Assembly: GCA_043821645.1 (NCBI GenBank)
Contig: JBDRCO010000051.1
Coordinates: forward strand, 128,001 to 192,000
DNA length: 64,000 nt
Direction: 5' to 3'
Origin: Pseudomonadota bacterium
Lineage (GTDB): Bacteria > Myxococcota > JACRCW01 > JAFGSX01
Made by a program: the position numbers and the translations under genes. Numbering within the stretch: position 1 is the first letter of the stretch; every line of letters begins with the position of its first letter. Shown here piece by piece: positions 49,272 through 58,305 of the stretch. The notes beneath the pieces were generated by a model that saw nothing but the letters and a program-made list of their open reading frames with translations, did not search any database and was not told the origin of the DNA.

Positions 49272-50588
49272 TTACACTGCGTCCAGCGCCGCCTCGAGGT
49301 CGCGCAGGATGTCGTTGACCTGCTCGTTGCCCACGCTGAGCCGGATGCCTCCGGGATCGATCCCTGCCTCGACCTGGGCCTGGGCAGGCAGTGCCGCATG
49401 GGTCATGGAGCCTGGATGCTCGATGAGGGTGCGAATCTGTCCCAGGCTCACCGCGAGGGTCATGGCGTAGGCGTTCTCGGCCACGTGGTTGATCAAACGC
49501 TCGCCGGCCGCACGCGAGGCCTCGACGTCCTCCCCCTTGAGCACGAAGTAGATCAGGCTACCCGGCGCGAAGTTGTCCTCATAATCGCGCATCTGGTCGT
49601 GAGCCAGCCGGTACTGAGGGAAACTCTTGAGCCCCGGGTAGCGCACACGCTCGATCTTCGGGTGGCGGTCGAGGAAACTGGCGATGACCATGGCCGACTC
49701 CTGCTGCTGCTTGAGGCGCATGGGCAGGGTGGGCAGGCCGTAGACCAGGATGGACCAGGCGGCCGTCGAGGCCAGGCTGGCCCCGATGTCCTTGCGAAAC
49801 AGCACCAGGTCCGACAGCAGGGCGTGGTCCTTGTAAATGACCGCGCCGCCCATGGCAGTGCCAAAGCCGCAGATGTTCTTGGTCAGACTCTCGACCACGA
49901 AATCCGCGCCCAGCTTGAGCGGGCGCTGCCCGAAGGGCGTGGCAAAGGTATTGTCGACGACGACGAGGGTGCGTTTCTTGTCGGCGCGGCGCTGGTTGAA
50001 GGCACGCACGCGCTCGACGACACCGGCGATGTCCACGATCTCCAGGATGGGATTGCTCGGGGTCTCGAAGTAGACCGCGGCCACGGTCTCATCGAGGCAG
50101 CGCTCCAGATCGTCCTGGCAGTTCAGGTCGACCAGATCCACGTCGATGCCAAAGCGTGGCAGCCAGTTGGTCAACAGCGAGTAGGTGCAGCCGTACAGCG
50201 TGCGATGAGCGATGATGCGCTGGCCCTTGCGCGCTGCAGTGAGCAAGGCTCCCGAGATCGCGGCCATGCCACTGGCGAAGCACACCGCGCCCTGACCGCC
50301 CTCGGCAAAGGCCAGGCGCTCCTCGAGCATGCCCCGGGTGGGCTCATCCAGACGCTCGTAGATGTAGATGGGATCCGCGTCCTCACCCGGTTCGGTGTCC
50401 ATCTGAGGTGGCACGCCGAACAGCTGGAATCCGCGAGCGCCGCGGGCAGCGGTCGACAGTCGGTACGTCGACGACGAGGTCAAGGGCGGTACGACGTGGT
50501 GCGTGTAGTCCCACTTGGGGCTGTTGAAGCGGCCATGAATGAGCAAGCTGGACAGGTGATAGAAACCTTCGCGCACTTTTTCGAACAT
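49272..50588 (-). CDS. Cys/Met-metabolism PLP-dependent enzyme (methionine gamma-lyase-like)
   Basis: YIYERLDEPT, FASGMAAI, LYGCT, YFETPSNP, VDNTFATP, SLTK (PLP Lys), AVSLG, IRLSVG. Confidence 0.9.
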   Translation of the reverse strand: MFEKVREGFYHLSSLLIHGRFNSPKWDYTHHVVPPLTSSSTYRLSTAARGARGFQLFGVPPQMDTEPGEDADPIYIYERLDEPTRGMLEERLAFAEGGQGAVCFASGMAAISGALLTAARKGQRIIAHRTLYGCTYSLLTNWLPRFGIDVDLVDLNCQDDLERCLDETVAAVYFETPSNPILEIVDIAGVVERVRAFNQRRADKKRTLVVVDNTFATPFGQRPLKLGADFVVESLTKNICGFGTAMGGAVIYKDHALLSDLVLFRKDIGASLASTAAWSILVYGLPTLPMRLKQQQESAMVIASFLDRHPKIERVRYPGLKSFPQYRLAHDQMRDYEDNFAPGSLIYFVLKGEDVEASRAAGERLINHVAENAYAMTLAVSLGQIRTLIEHPGSMTHAALPAQAQVEAGIDPGGIRLSVGNEQVNDILRDLEAALDAV

Positions 50589-50776
50589 GGTATCGCCTCG
50601 CTTGCGTGACGGGACACCCCCCGGCCCACACGCGCTCCCGGCACATACCACAACGCCCTCGTGCTGTTGAGCGACGACGTCAGGGCTCGGGAAGGCTACC
50701 TGGGAGCCGGATCAGGCCTGCACCGAACGGCGTCGCACGAGGGCGGGGGCTGGCACCGAAGCTCGAAGTCGGGACC

Positions 50777-51631
50777 TCAGAAGCTGACCGGGACCACCGG
50801 CACGGCCTGGCCCGGTTCCGGAGCGGGGGCGTGGATGCTGTCGTCCTCGGAGCTGTTGGCCAGCAGGCCCAGCATCTCTCGCGGCGCCAGGTCCGAGACC
50901 ATGGAGTACACCGTGCCATGACGACGCCAGACCACCACGTTGAAGCCCGAGCGTCGCTCCATCAGCAGCGGGCGTCCCTCGGGGCGCGGCAGCCGCTCGT
51001 CGTCGACGTTGTAGCGGCCCTGGGGATCGGGCACCGCAATGATCGAGATCTTGGAGCGCGGCGTGCCGTAAACCAGGTAGGCCGCGGACTGGCGCTCCAT
51101 CTTGACCACGCGAGCACCGCGCAGGGACACCTTGGCCGAGCGGAAGATGGGTACCTCGAGGGCGTGGCTGAGGTGACGGCTGAGCAGGCGCTGGATGCGC
51201 AACGGGTCCTGCGAGGCGTAGTCCATGACCAGGTTGTCGGTGTGACGCTCGACCGACTCGGCGACGATGGGCGTGACCGCGTTGGTGGTGTTGACCGTGA
51301 ACAGGGCGATGACCGCGGCGGTGACACCCAGGGGCACAGCCAGACGCACGGCGCGGTGGGCAGAGCGATCGCGCCGGGCACGACGCTGGATGCGGCGGGT
51401 CAGGTCGGGCGGTGTGCAGCGCTCGTCACTCAGGCGCACGGCCGTGCTGAGCTGGGCCTTGAAGTGGCGCTGAGCGAGCACCTGCTGAGCACAGTCGGCG
51501 CAGGCGGCCAGGTGGGCGTCGATGGCGATCTGCTCGCCGTGCTCGAACTCACCGTCGACCACCATGGCCAGCAACGGACGCAGCTCGTGGCAGGCAATAC
51601 CGCCAGGGGGCATGGAATCCCTCTCACGCAT
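50777..51631 (-). CDS. Zinc-finger (HxxxCxxC) transmembrane anti-sigma factor
   Basis: VDGE...HLAACADC, one TM segment and a periplasmic domain. Immediately downstream of the ECF sigma gene. Confidence 0.88.
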   Translation of the reverse strand: MRERDSMPPGGIACHELRPLLAMVVDGEFEHGEQIAIDAHLAACADCAQQVLAQRHFKAQLSTAVRLSDERCTPPDLTRRIQRRARRDRSAHRAVRLAVPLGVTAAVIALFTVNTTNAVTPIVAESVERHTDNLVMDYASQDPLRIQRLLSRHLSHALEVPIFRSAKVSLRGARVVKMERQSAAYLVYGTPRSKISIIAVPDPQGRYNVDDERLPRPEGRPLLMERRSGFNVVVWRRHGTVYSMVSDLAPREMLGLLANSSEDDSIHAPAPEPGQAVPVVPVSF

Positions 51632-51634
51632 GCG

Positions 51635-52294
51635 TCACTCCCCCCCGCTGCCGCTGCGGGCGCGGCGCTGGCGATAGGTGTCGAGGTCCGCCGGGGCTCC
51701 CTCCTGGCCATCGCGTTCGGGGTGCAGGATCCCCTCCTGCACGGCGTAGTCAAACAGCTGCTCCTGGAGCAGGCGCCGGCCGCGATACAGCCGGCTCATC
51801 ACGGTGCCCACCGGGCAACCCAGCATGTCGGCGATCTCCTTGTACGAGAACTCGTGCACGTCGGCGAGCAGGACCACGGTACGAAAGTCCACCGGCACCT
51901 GGTCCAGCGCCCTGGTCACCTCGTCGGAGAGCTGGACGTCCACCAGGGCCGCCTCGGGGTTCAGGGTCGGCAGGTTGGAACTGGGCGAGATCAGGTGATT
52001 TCGCACCACGTCCTCGTCCACGCCCTCGAGGATCTCGCGTTCCTTGACCCGGCGCCGGTACTTGTTGATGAAGGTGTTGGTCAGGATGCGAAACAGCCAG
52101 GCCTTGAGATTGGTGCCGGGCTCGAAGCGGTCCGAGAAGCGGAAGGCGCGCAGGTAGGTTTCCTGGACCAGATCCTCGGCATCGCCAGCGTTTCGGGTCA
52201 TGCGCAGACCCGCGCCATACAGGGCTCGGGCGTGCTCGAGAGCCTGGGACTCGAAGTTCCGCCGCTCTTTTTCACGCCTGAACAGTCCCAGCAT
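51635..52294 (-). CDS. ECF RNA polymerase sigma factor (SigR/SigH-like)
   Basis: [40 protein letters not shown]...[13 protein letters not shown]. Confidence 0.95.
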   Translation of the reverse strand: MLGLFRREKERRNFESQALEHARALYGAGLRMTRNAGDAEDLVQETYLRAFRFSDRFEPGTNLKAWLFRILTNTFINKYRRRVKEREILEGVDEDVVRNHLISPSSNLPTLNPEAALVDVQLSDEVTRALDQVPVDFRTVVLLADVHEFSYKEIADMLGCPVGTVMSRLYRGRRLLQEQLFDYAVQEGILHPERDGQEGAPADLDTYRQRRARSGSGGE

Positions 52295-52324
52295 CGGCGT
52301 TGCCCTTTCCCTGATCTGCCTGCA

Positions 52325-52351
52325 CAACCCCTGGGATGGTTGGATTATTCC
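52325..52351 (-). promoter_or_regulatory. Probable autoregulatory ECF promoter GGAAT-N18-GTTG
   Basis: Minus-strand GGAAT at 52351-52347, 18 nt, then GTTG at 52328-52325, about 30 nt before the sigma ATG. Matches the SigR/SigH consensus GGAAT-N18-GTT. Confidence 0.7.
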
Positions 52352-52461
52352 AGTCTGCCACGGATCTCCCAGCTTTTCCCGCCCCCGGGCGGCGCTGCAG
52401 CACTTGCCGCTGACCGAGGCAGCGCGTTACTCAAGGGGCTGCCCCACGCAAGGAGTCCGTC

Positions 52462-53676
52462 ATGGCCACCCCGGAACGCGCGCCCATCCAGCCTGCCAGC
52501 CGCACCCACGACATCACCTACGCGGTGCGCGACATCGTGGTGCTGGCGCGAGAGGTGGCACGCGGCGGTCGCGAGCTGCTCTACCTGAACATCGGAGACC
52601 CCAACCAGTTCGACTTCGAAACCCCGGCGCACCTGGTCGAGGCCGTGCACCGCGCCATGTGCGACAACCACAATGGCTATTCGGCCTCCGAGGGCATCCC
52701 CGACGCCGTCGAGGCCATCCGCCGCCAGGCCGCGCGCAGCGGCATCACAGGCGTACGCGACATCTTCGTTTCGACCGGGGCCAGCGAGGCCATCGAGATC
52801 GCCCTCACCGCTCTCGCCGAACCCGGGGACAACATCCTCACGCCCTCGCCCGGCTACCCGCTGTACACCGCGGTGCTGAGCAAGCTGGGCGTCCACAACA
52901 ACCCCTACTACCTCGACGAGGCCAACGGCTGGCAACCTGACCTTGACGACCTGGCCCACAAGATCAACGCGCGCACCCGGGCCATCGTGATCATCAATCC
53001 CAACAATCCCACGGGGTCGGTCGCCACCCGCGAGACCCTGCAAGGCCTCGCCAAGCTGGCCATCGAACGCAACCTGGTCGTGTTCTCCGATGAGATCTAC
53101 GACAAGCTGATCCTGGGAGACGCCCAGCACGTGTCCATCGCCTCGCTGAACCCGGACCTGTGCTGCCTCACCTTCAACGGCCTGTCCAAGTCCTACCTGG
53201 CGCCGGGCTTCCGCATCGGATGGTCCATCAGCAGTGGCCCCGAGAAGCAGCTTCGCCCCTTCATCGACGCCATGCAGAAGATCACCCGCGCCCGCCTGTG
53301 CGCCAACCACCCCATGCAGTTCGCCATCGCGCCGGCCCTCGACGGCGACCAGTCGCACCTGGTCGAGGTCAAGCGCAAGCTCACCGCGCGCCGCGATCTG
53401 ACCGTGCGCATGCTCAACGAGATCCCTGGGGTCTCCTGCGTGAAGCCGCGGGGCGCCTTCTACGCCTTTCCGCGCATCGAGCTCGGCGTCGAGGACAAAC
53501 CCTTCGTCGAGGACATGTTGCGCGCCACCGGCGTGGTCTGCGTCCACGGCTCGGGGTTTGGGCAGAAGCCAGGCACCGCGCACTTCCGCATCGTGTTCCT
53601 GCCCCCCGAGGACGTCCTCACGCGCTCCTACCAAGCCATGGCCACGTTCGTGGCGTCGTGCCCACCCCGCGCGTGA
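52462..53676 (+). CDS. Class I/II PLP aminotransferase (AlaA-like)
   Basis: LNIGDP, INPNNPTG, SDEIYD, NGLSKSY...GFRIGW, PRGAFYAF. Confidence 0.92.
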   Translation: MATPERAPIQPASRTHDITYAVRDIVVLAREVARGGRELLYLNIGDPNQFDFETPAHLVEAVHRAMCDNHNGYSASEGIPDAVEAIRRQAARSGITGVRDIFVSTGASEAIEIALTALAEPGDNILTPSPGYPLYTAVLSKLGVHNNPYYLDEANGWQPDLDDLAHKINARTRAIVIINPNNPTGSVATRETLQGLAKLAIERNLVVFSDEIYDKLILGDAQHVSIASLNPDLCCLTFNGLSKSYLAPGFRIGWSISSGPEKQLRPFIDAMQKITRARLCANHPMQFAIAPALDGDQSHLVEVKRKLTARRDLTVRMLNEIPGVSCVKPRGAFYAFPRIELGVEDKPFVEDMLRATGVVCVHGSGFGQKPGTAHFRIVFLPPEDVLTRSYQAMATFVASCPPRA

Positions 53677-55133
53677 TCCGGCTCTTGACTAGCGGCGCGG
53701 TCCTCGCCGCCCTGGGGGGACTTGCCTGCGCAGGTGGCACCCCGGAGCACCCGTCGCTGCGGACGCAGCTCGAGGACTCGGACCTCGCCTGGGATGACCC
53801 CCGCCACGTGGCGGCGGCCCGATCGCTCGCGGCGGCGCAGCTCGACGACGAGACCCTGCGTGCGCGAGCCCCGCAGGCCCTCGCCGAGGCAGGTGCGCCG
53901 GCCTCGCTGGTGGCCGTGGTGCGCGGTGACGATCCCGACCTCCACGCGGCCCTGGCGCGGCTGGCTCCCGCTCGCTGTGGCCAGGCCGGTTCCTCGCCGA
54001 CGCTGACCCTGTGCAGCCGTGTGCTGGTGGACTTCACCCGGCTCCCGACGCGATTGCGTCCCGGGGAACCGCTGCACATCGAGGGCAGGGTGCTGGGTTC
54101 TGCCCGGCTGCGGGAGGTGCTGCTGCTCACCTCCGAGGGCGTGCTGCACGCGTTGCCCGTGCAAGCTCAAGGACGGGATTTCTCCATCGAGACGAACGCA
54201 CCCAGGGCCATGGGCTGGCACACCCTCGAGGTCATGGTGAGCACCGAGCGCGGCGTCGAGGTGGCGGCATTGTGGGATCTGAAGGTCGGTGACGCGGCGC
54301 CTCTCGAGCTGTTTCGAGACGCGCCAGACCCCGCCGACGGCGACGCCGGGACAGCCGCGCAGAGAGCGTTCGAGGGCTTGCAGCGCGATCGACAAGCCGC
54401 AGGTCAGGCGCCCCTCATCTGGTCCGAGGTGCTGGCCCAGCGCGCCCGGGAGCGCGCCGAGGAGCTGGCGGGTCGCGATGTGCTTGAGCACGGCACCGGC
54501 AAGAGGCTGGAGAGCCAGCACGACGACGCGGGCCAGCCTCTGGTGTGGCTGGGTGAAAACCTGGCGCGCGCGCGCAGTGTGCAGGGGGCCCGGCGCGCCC
54601 TGATGCACAGCCCGTCGCACCGGCGCAACCGGCTCCACGTCGTGGCCCAGCAGGGAGCCGTGGGGGTTGCCTGGCGGGGACGAGGTGCGGACAGGACCCT
54701 GTTCCTGGTCGAACTGCTCGCCCGCTCGGGCGAGGAGCTCGACGAGAATGGCGTGGTGCGCGCACTGCGGCAGAGGGTGGACCTGGCCCGCAATGGCGCC
54801 GGACGGCGCGCGCTGGACAGCGATGCCGCGCTGGACAGGCTAGCGCGCCACCATGCTCAGCTCATGTGCCAGAGCCACGCACTGGTCGACGAGGTCGCCG
54901 ATGGTGCGCGGCTGACCCAGGCCGTCCTCGATGCCCGTCCGGACCTCGTGCGCGCCGGAGCCGCGCTGTTTCTGGTGGTGGATCCGGCGATGCTCGAGAT
55001 CTCGGCCACGCTGACGGATCCGCGCTACGACCTCGCGGGAGCCGGGGCTGCACGCTGCGAGAACGGCCAGCCCTGGTATGCTGTGGTCCTGGTGGCCCAG
55101 CGCGAGCGCGGCAGCGAGGAGGATTCGGACTGA
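53673..55133 (+). CDS. Lipoprotein with CAP/SCP domains
   Basis: Lipobox GGLAC, LGENLA...LMHSPSHRRN, second CAP-like half LDRLARHHA. GTGA overlap with the upstream gene. Confidence 0.8.
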   Translation: MIRLLTSGAVLAALGGLACAGGTPEHPSLRTQLEDSDLAWDDPRHVAAARSLAAAQLDDETLRARAPQALAEAGAPASLVAVVRGDDPDLHAALARLAPARCGQAGSSPTLTLCSRVLVDFTRLPTRLRPGEPLHIEGRVLGSARLREVLLLTSEGVLHALPVQAQGRDFSIETNAPRAMGWHTLEVMVSTERGVEVAALWDLKVGDAAPLELFRDAPDPADGDAGTAAQRAFEGLQRDRQAAGQAPLIWSEVLAQRARERAEELAGRDVLEHGTGKRLESQHDDAGQPLVWLGENLARARSVQGARRALMHSPSHRRNRLHVVAQQGAVGVAWRGRGADRTLFLVELLARSGEELDENGVVRALRQRVDLARNGAGRRALDSDAALDRLARHHAQLMCQSHALVDEVADGARLTQAVLDARPDLVRAGAALFLVVDPAMLEISATLTDPRYDLAGAGAARCENGQPWYAVVLVAQRERGSEEDSD

Positions 55134-55213
55134 GGTCCGGCCACCAGCAACGCACGCGTGACCTGACCAGGGGTCGGCCGTCGTGGTATGTAGGACGCAG
55201 GAGCTCACTTTCC

Positions 55214-56026
55214 ATGCGCAGCGCAGTGTTGACCCTGCTCGCCTTCACCCTGCTCGCGATCACGGCGGAAACGGTGCGCGCTCAGGATGCGAGCGCCCTG
55301 GAAGACGCCGCGCGGACGGTCGACGCCACGGCGCCGGGGTGCGGCAGCTTGAGCTTCCAGGGGGAGTGCCAGGGCGACATCGTGCGCTACTGCAGCGCTG
55401 GCCAGATCCGCAGCATGGACTGCAGCGACCCCGCTGCCTATCCACGAGGCGGGCCCCAGGCCACTTGCGGCCTGCTCGATTGCCTGACCTCGGGGTGCCA
55501 GGGCTACTGGTGTGTGGCCAAGCCGGGGACCTCCTGTGCCGATCTCGGTTGCGATGTCATGCAGGACCTGGGCTGCCTGGACGGCCAGTGCCGCGCGTCC
55601 AGCCGCTGCAACCCGACCAGCGACCTGCCAAGCTGCGACGGCAGCATCCTCACGTATTGCGCGTATACCGTCGGCAACCTCGACTGCAGCGAGGGCGGCA
55701 CCCGACCCTACACCTGCGATGTCGCCGATCCCGATCGCGACCCCTGCGTGGGCGAGGCGGGCGCGAGCTGCAACCCGACCCTGGGCCGCGTCTGTGCCGA
55801 GCCCCTGAGCTGCGTCGCTGGAATGTGCGTGACCGGTGAACCCCTCGACGCCGGTACGGGTGACAGCACCGAGCCAGATCGGCCCGATGCCGGTGCCGTG
55901 CGCGATGCGGGGCAGGGCCGCGGAGACGACGGTGCTCCAGTGGACTGCCAGTGCCGGGCCGGGCTCACGCCACAACCCCTCCTTGCCCTGGGTGTGCTGG
56001 TGGCTGCCTGGCGCCGGCGTCACTGA
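55214..56026 (+). CDS. Cys-rich secreted protein with a MYXO-CTERM-like tail
   Basis: Signal peptide ending VRA-Q, Cys-rich domain, C-terminal DCQC-TM-RRRH. Confidence 0.8.
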   Translation: MRSAVLTLLAFTLLAITAETVRAQDASALEDAARTVDATAPGCGSLSFQGECQGDIVRYCSAGQIRSMDCSDPAAYPRGGPQATCGLLDCLTSGCQGYWCVAKPGTSCADLGCDVMQDLGCLDGQCRASSRCNPTSDLPSCDGSILTYCAYTVGNLDCSEGGTRPYTCDVADPDRDPCVGEAGASCNPTLGRVCAEPLSCVAGMCVTGEPLDAGTGDSTEPDRPDAGAVRDAGQGRGDDGAPVDCQCRAGLTPQPLLALGVLVAAWRRRH

Positions 56027-56180
56027 GCGCACACCCGGGTTATCCTGCGGCAAGGACCTCGTTTTTTTGTTGCGGGGAGCTGAGCCAGCGCCTATCACCA
56101 GCCATCCCGTCGAGAAAACAACAGGGATGCGCGCAGGTCCGCCCTGGCGGATGTGACCTGCAACAAATGGGAGGCATGTC

Positions 56181-57206
56181 ATGGCGAAGTGGGCCGGTCT
56201 TGCGCTGGGGTCCCTGCTGTTCTGTGTGACACCGCTCGCGCTGGCCCAGGACGCGGCTGGCGAAGACTCGGCCCTGTCCGAAGACGCCGGCTCGTTGAGC
56301 GATGCTGCGGCCACCGAGGATGCTGTCGCTGCCGATGCCACTCTCGCGAGCGACGCCGGTGTGCTGGAAGATGCCGCCACGACCCCGGATGCCTCGACCG
56401 CCGCCGATAGCAGCGTCGAGGACGCCGCCATGCCCGTGGACGGAGCCATACCAGAGGACGCAGCCGTGACCGCCGACGCCACGGCGGCCGATGGCACGAC
56501 ACCCGATGCGGGCGGTGTGGACACCACGGCCACAGGCGACGCGGGCGTTCCGTGCGATGCCGTGAGCTTCCTGGGCGAGTGTGACGGTGACATCGTGCGC
56601 TACTGCGCCCGGGACAACCAGCTCGTCGAGCTGGACTGCGTCGCGGAGTTCGGAACTGGCGCCACCTGCGGCCTGGTGGACTGCACCGGCGCGGACTGCC
56701 TGGGCTATTTCTGCGTCGCCGACGACGGTGTGGACTGCGGCGAGACCCTGGGCTGCGACGTCAGCCAGAACCAGGGCTGCGTCGAGGGGACCTGCGCCAC
56801 CACCCAGACCTGTGTTCCATCCACCTTTGTTCCGACGTGCACCGGCGATGCCCTGAGCTACTGCGCCTTCACAGAGGGTCGCAACGACTGCACCGAGGGT
56901 GGCACCCAGCCCTACATCTGCGGCAACGACTCCGGCGGCACACCCGCCTGCCTGGGTACCCAGGGTGGCCTGTGCGACCTCATCCAGGGCTACGAGTGCG
57001 CAACCGGCTTCGACTGCGTCGACAATGTGTGTAGCGCTCCCGGTACCGATGCGGGCTCCGTGGACAGCGGCACCAGCGCAGACGCCGCGACCGCGGCCGT
57101 TGAGGACACCGCAGGCTGTGGCTGCACGGCGCCTCGAGGGGGTTCCTCGGCGGTCCTGGTGCTGCTTGGTCTGCTCGGGCTGGCCGTCTCGCGCCGCCGG
57201 AGCTAG
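56181..57206 (+). CDS. Paralogous Cys-rich secreted protein with an Asp/Ala linker and MYXO-CTERM tail
   Basis: GGAGG SD, signal ending ALA-Q, same Cys spacing as the upstream gene, C-terminal GCGC-TM-RRRS. Confidence 0.85.
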   Translation: MAKWAGLALGSLLFCVTPLALAQDAAGEDSALSEDAGSLSDAAATEDAVAADATLASDAGVLEDAATTPDASTAADSSVEDAAMPVDGAIPEDAAVTADATAADGTTPDAGGVDTTATGDAGVPCDAVSFLGECDGDIVRYCARDNQLVELDCVAEFGTGATCGLVDCTGADCLGYFCVADDGVDCGETLGCDVSQNQGCVEGTCATTQTCVPSTFVPTCTGDALSYCAFTEGRNDCTEGGTQPYICGNDSGGTPACLGTQGGLCDLIQGYECATGFDCVDNVCSAPGTDAGSVDSGTSADAATAAVEDTAGCGCTAPRGGSSAVLVLLGLLGLAVSRRRS

Positions 57207-57309
57207 CCGTCCGACGCGCCCTGGGCTGTTTGCCCCGGCATCGTGGGAGGCCGCCGCCCGTCATCCGCTGGCCGCTGCGGTGTCTGGCAGCTCTTTTCCG
57301 ACACGGCCC

Positions 57310-57339
57310 TTGACAGTGTTCGGGCGAATCTCCTAAGAA
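57310..57339 (+). promoter_or_regulatory. Sigma70-like promoter of tRNA-Glu
   Basis: Perfect TTGACA at 57310-57315 with a weak -10 (TAAGAA) 18 nt later. Confidence 0.45.
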
Positions 57340-57356
57340 GTCGATCGTCCTGCCGG

Positions 57357-57432
57357 GGCCCCATCGTCTAGCGGTCCAGGACGGCGGCCTCTCACGCCGC
57401 AGACCGGAGTTCGAGTCTCCGTGGGGTCACCA
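57357..57432 (+). tRNA. tRNA-Glu (anticodon CUC)
   Basis: Acceptor GGCCCCA/TGGGGTC-A-CCA, anticodon arm GCGGC-CTCTCAC-GCCGC, T loop GTTCGAG. Confidence 0.96.
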
Positions 57433-57434
57433 CC

Positions 57435-57466
57435 GAAAGCTGCCGGGCAACCGGCAGCTTTTTTTT
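57435..57466 (+). terminator. Rho-independent terminator
   Basis: AAAGCTGCCGG-GCAA-CCGGCAGCTTT followed by a T run. Confidence 0.9.
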
Positions 57467-57537
57467 CGTGTTCACCGGAAGCGCTCCGGGCGGGGGTAGC
57501 GGGAGGTCACGAGACGGGGGATCGGAGAGACGAACCC

Positions 57538-58296
57538 ATGGTGCACCAGACCTCGGTCAGCGACGACGCACGCAACTTCGAACTGGTCCTCACCTGCGAG
57601 CATGCCTCGCATGCCCTGCCGCCTGATCTTGAAGACCTGGGTGTGAGCGCCGACGCTCTGTGCAGTCATGCGTCCTGGGATCCAGGCGCCCTCGAGCTGA
57701 CCAGAGCCCTCGCCGCGCGATTCGAGGTCCACCCCTTCGTGGGCAGCTACAGCAGGCTGGTGGTCGATCTCAACCGGGGCGCCACCAGTCCCGACGTCAT
57801 CCCAGCCAACAGTTTCGGGCTGCCTGTTCCCGGCAACCAGCACCTGGGTGACGACGAGCGGCAGCAACGGATCCGCGCCTATCACCAACCCTACCGCCGG
57901 GCCGTGGAGCGTGCGGTGCGTGCCATTGTTGATGGCGGACGGCGCTGCTTGCTGGTGTCCATTCACAGCTTCACTCCCGTGCTGGGCGACAGCGTGCGCC
58001 GTCACCCCGCCGGGGTGCTGTTCGACTCCAGCCTGCCCCTCGAAGGCGCCATCGCGACCGCCATGCTGCAATCCCTGCGCGATCGCGACGTGGACGCGCA
58101 TCCCAATTACCCCTACACCGGCACCGGTAGCGGTGTGTACAGCGAGCTGCGGCGCGCCTTCCCAGCAGGCAGCTATGCCGGCATCGAGTTCGAAACCCGC
58201 CTGGATGAGCTGAGCGACTCTCGACAGGTTTTGCGCTGGGTGGACCTGTACACGAGCGCTCTCAGCGCCGGCTTGCAGGTCCTGCGCGAACACTGA
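57538..58296 (+). CDS. N-formylglutamate amidohydrolase family protein
   Basis: TCEHAS, HASWDPGA, SRLVVDLNR, YHQPY, SIHSFTP, NYPY. Confidence 0.9.
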   Translation: MVHQTSVSDDARNFELVLTCEHASHALPPDLEDLGVSADALCSHASWDPGALELTRALAARFEVHPFVGSYSRLVVDLNRGATSPDVIPANSFGLPVPGNQHLGDDERQQRIRAYHQPYRRAVERAVRAIVDGGRRCLLVSIHSFTPVLGDSVRRHPAGVLFDSSLPLEGAIATAMLQSLRDRDVDAHPNYPYTGTGSGVYSELRRAFPAGSYAGIEFETRLDELSDSRQVLRWVDLYTSALSAGLQVLREH

Positions 58297-58305
58297 GCCG
58301 CGTCG

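Noticed and set aside
50680-50700. SRP RNA (GTCAGG...GGAAGG)
   Set aside because: Lacks the conserved AGCAG partner and domain IV geometry.
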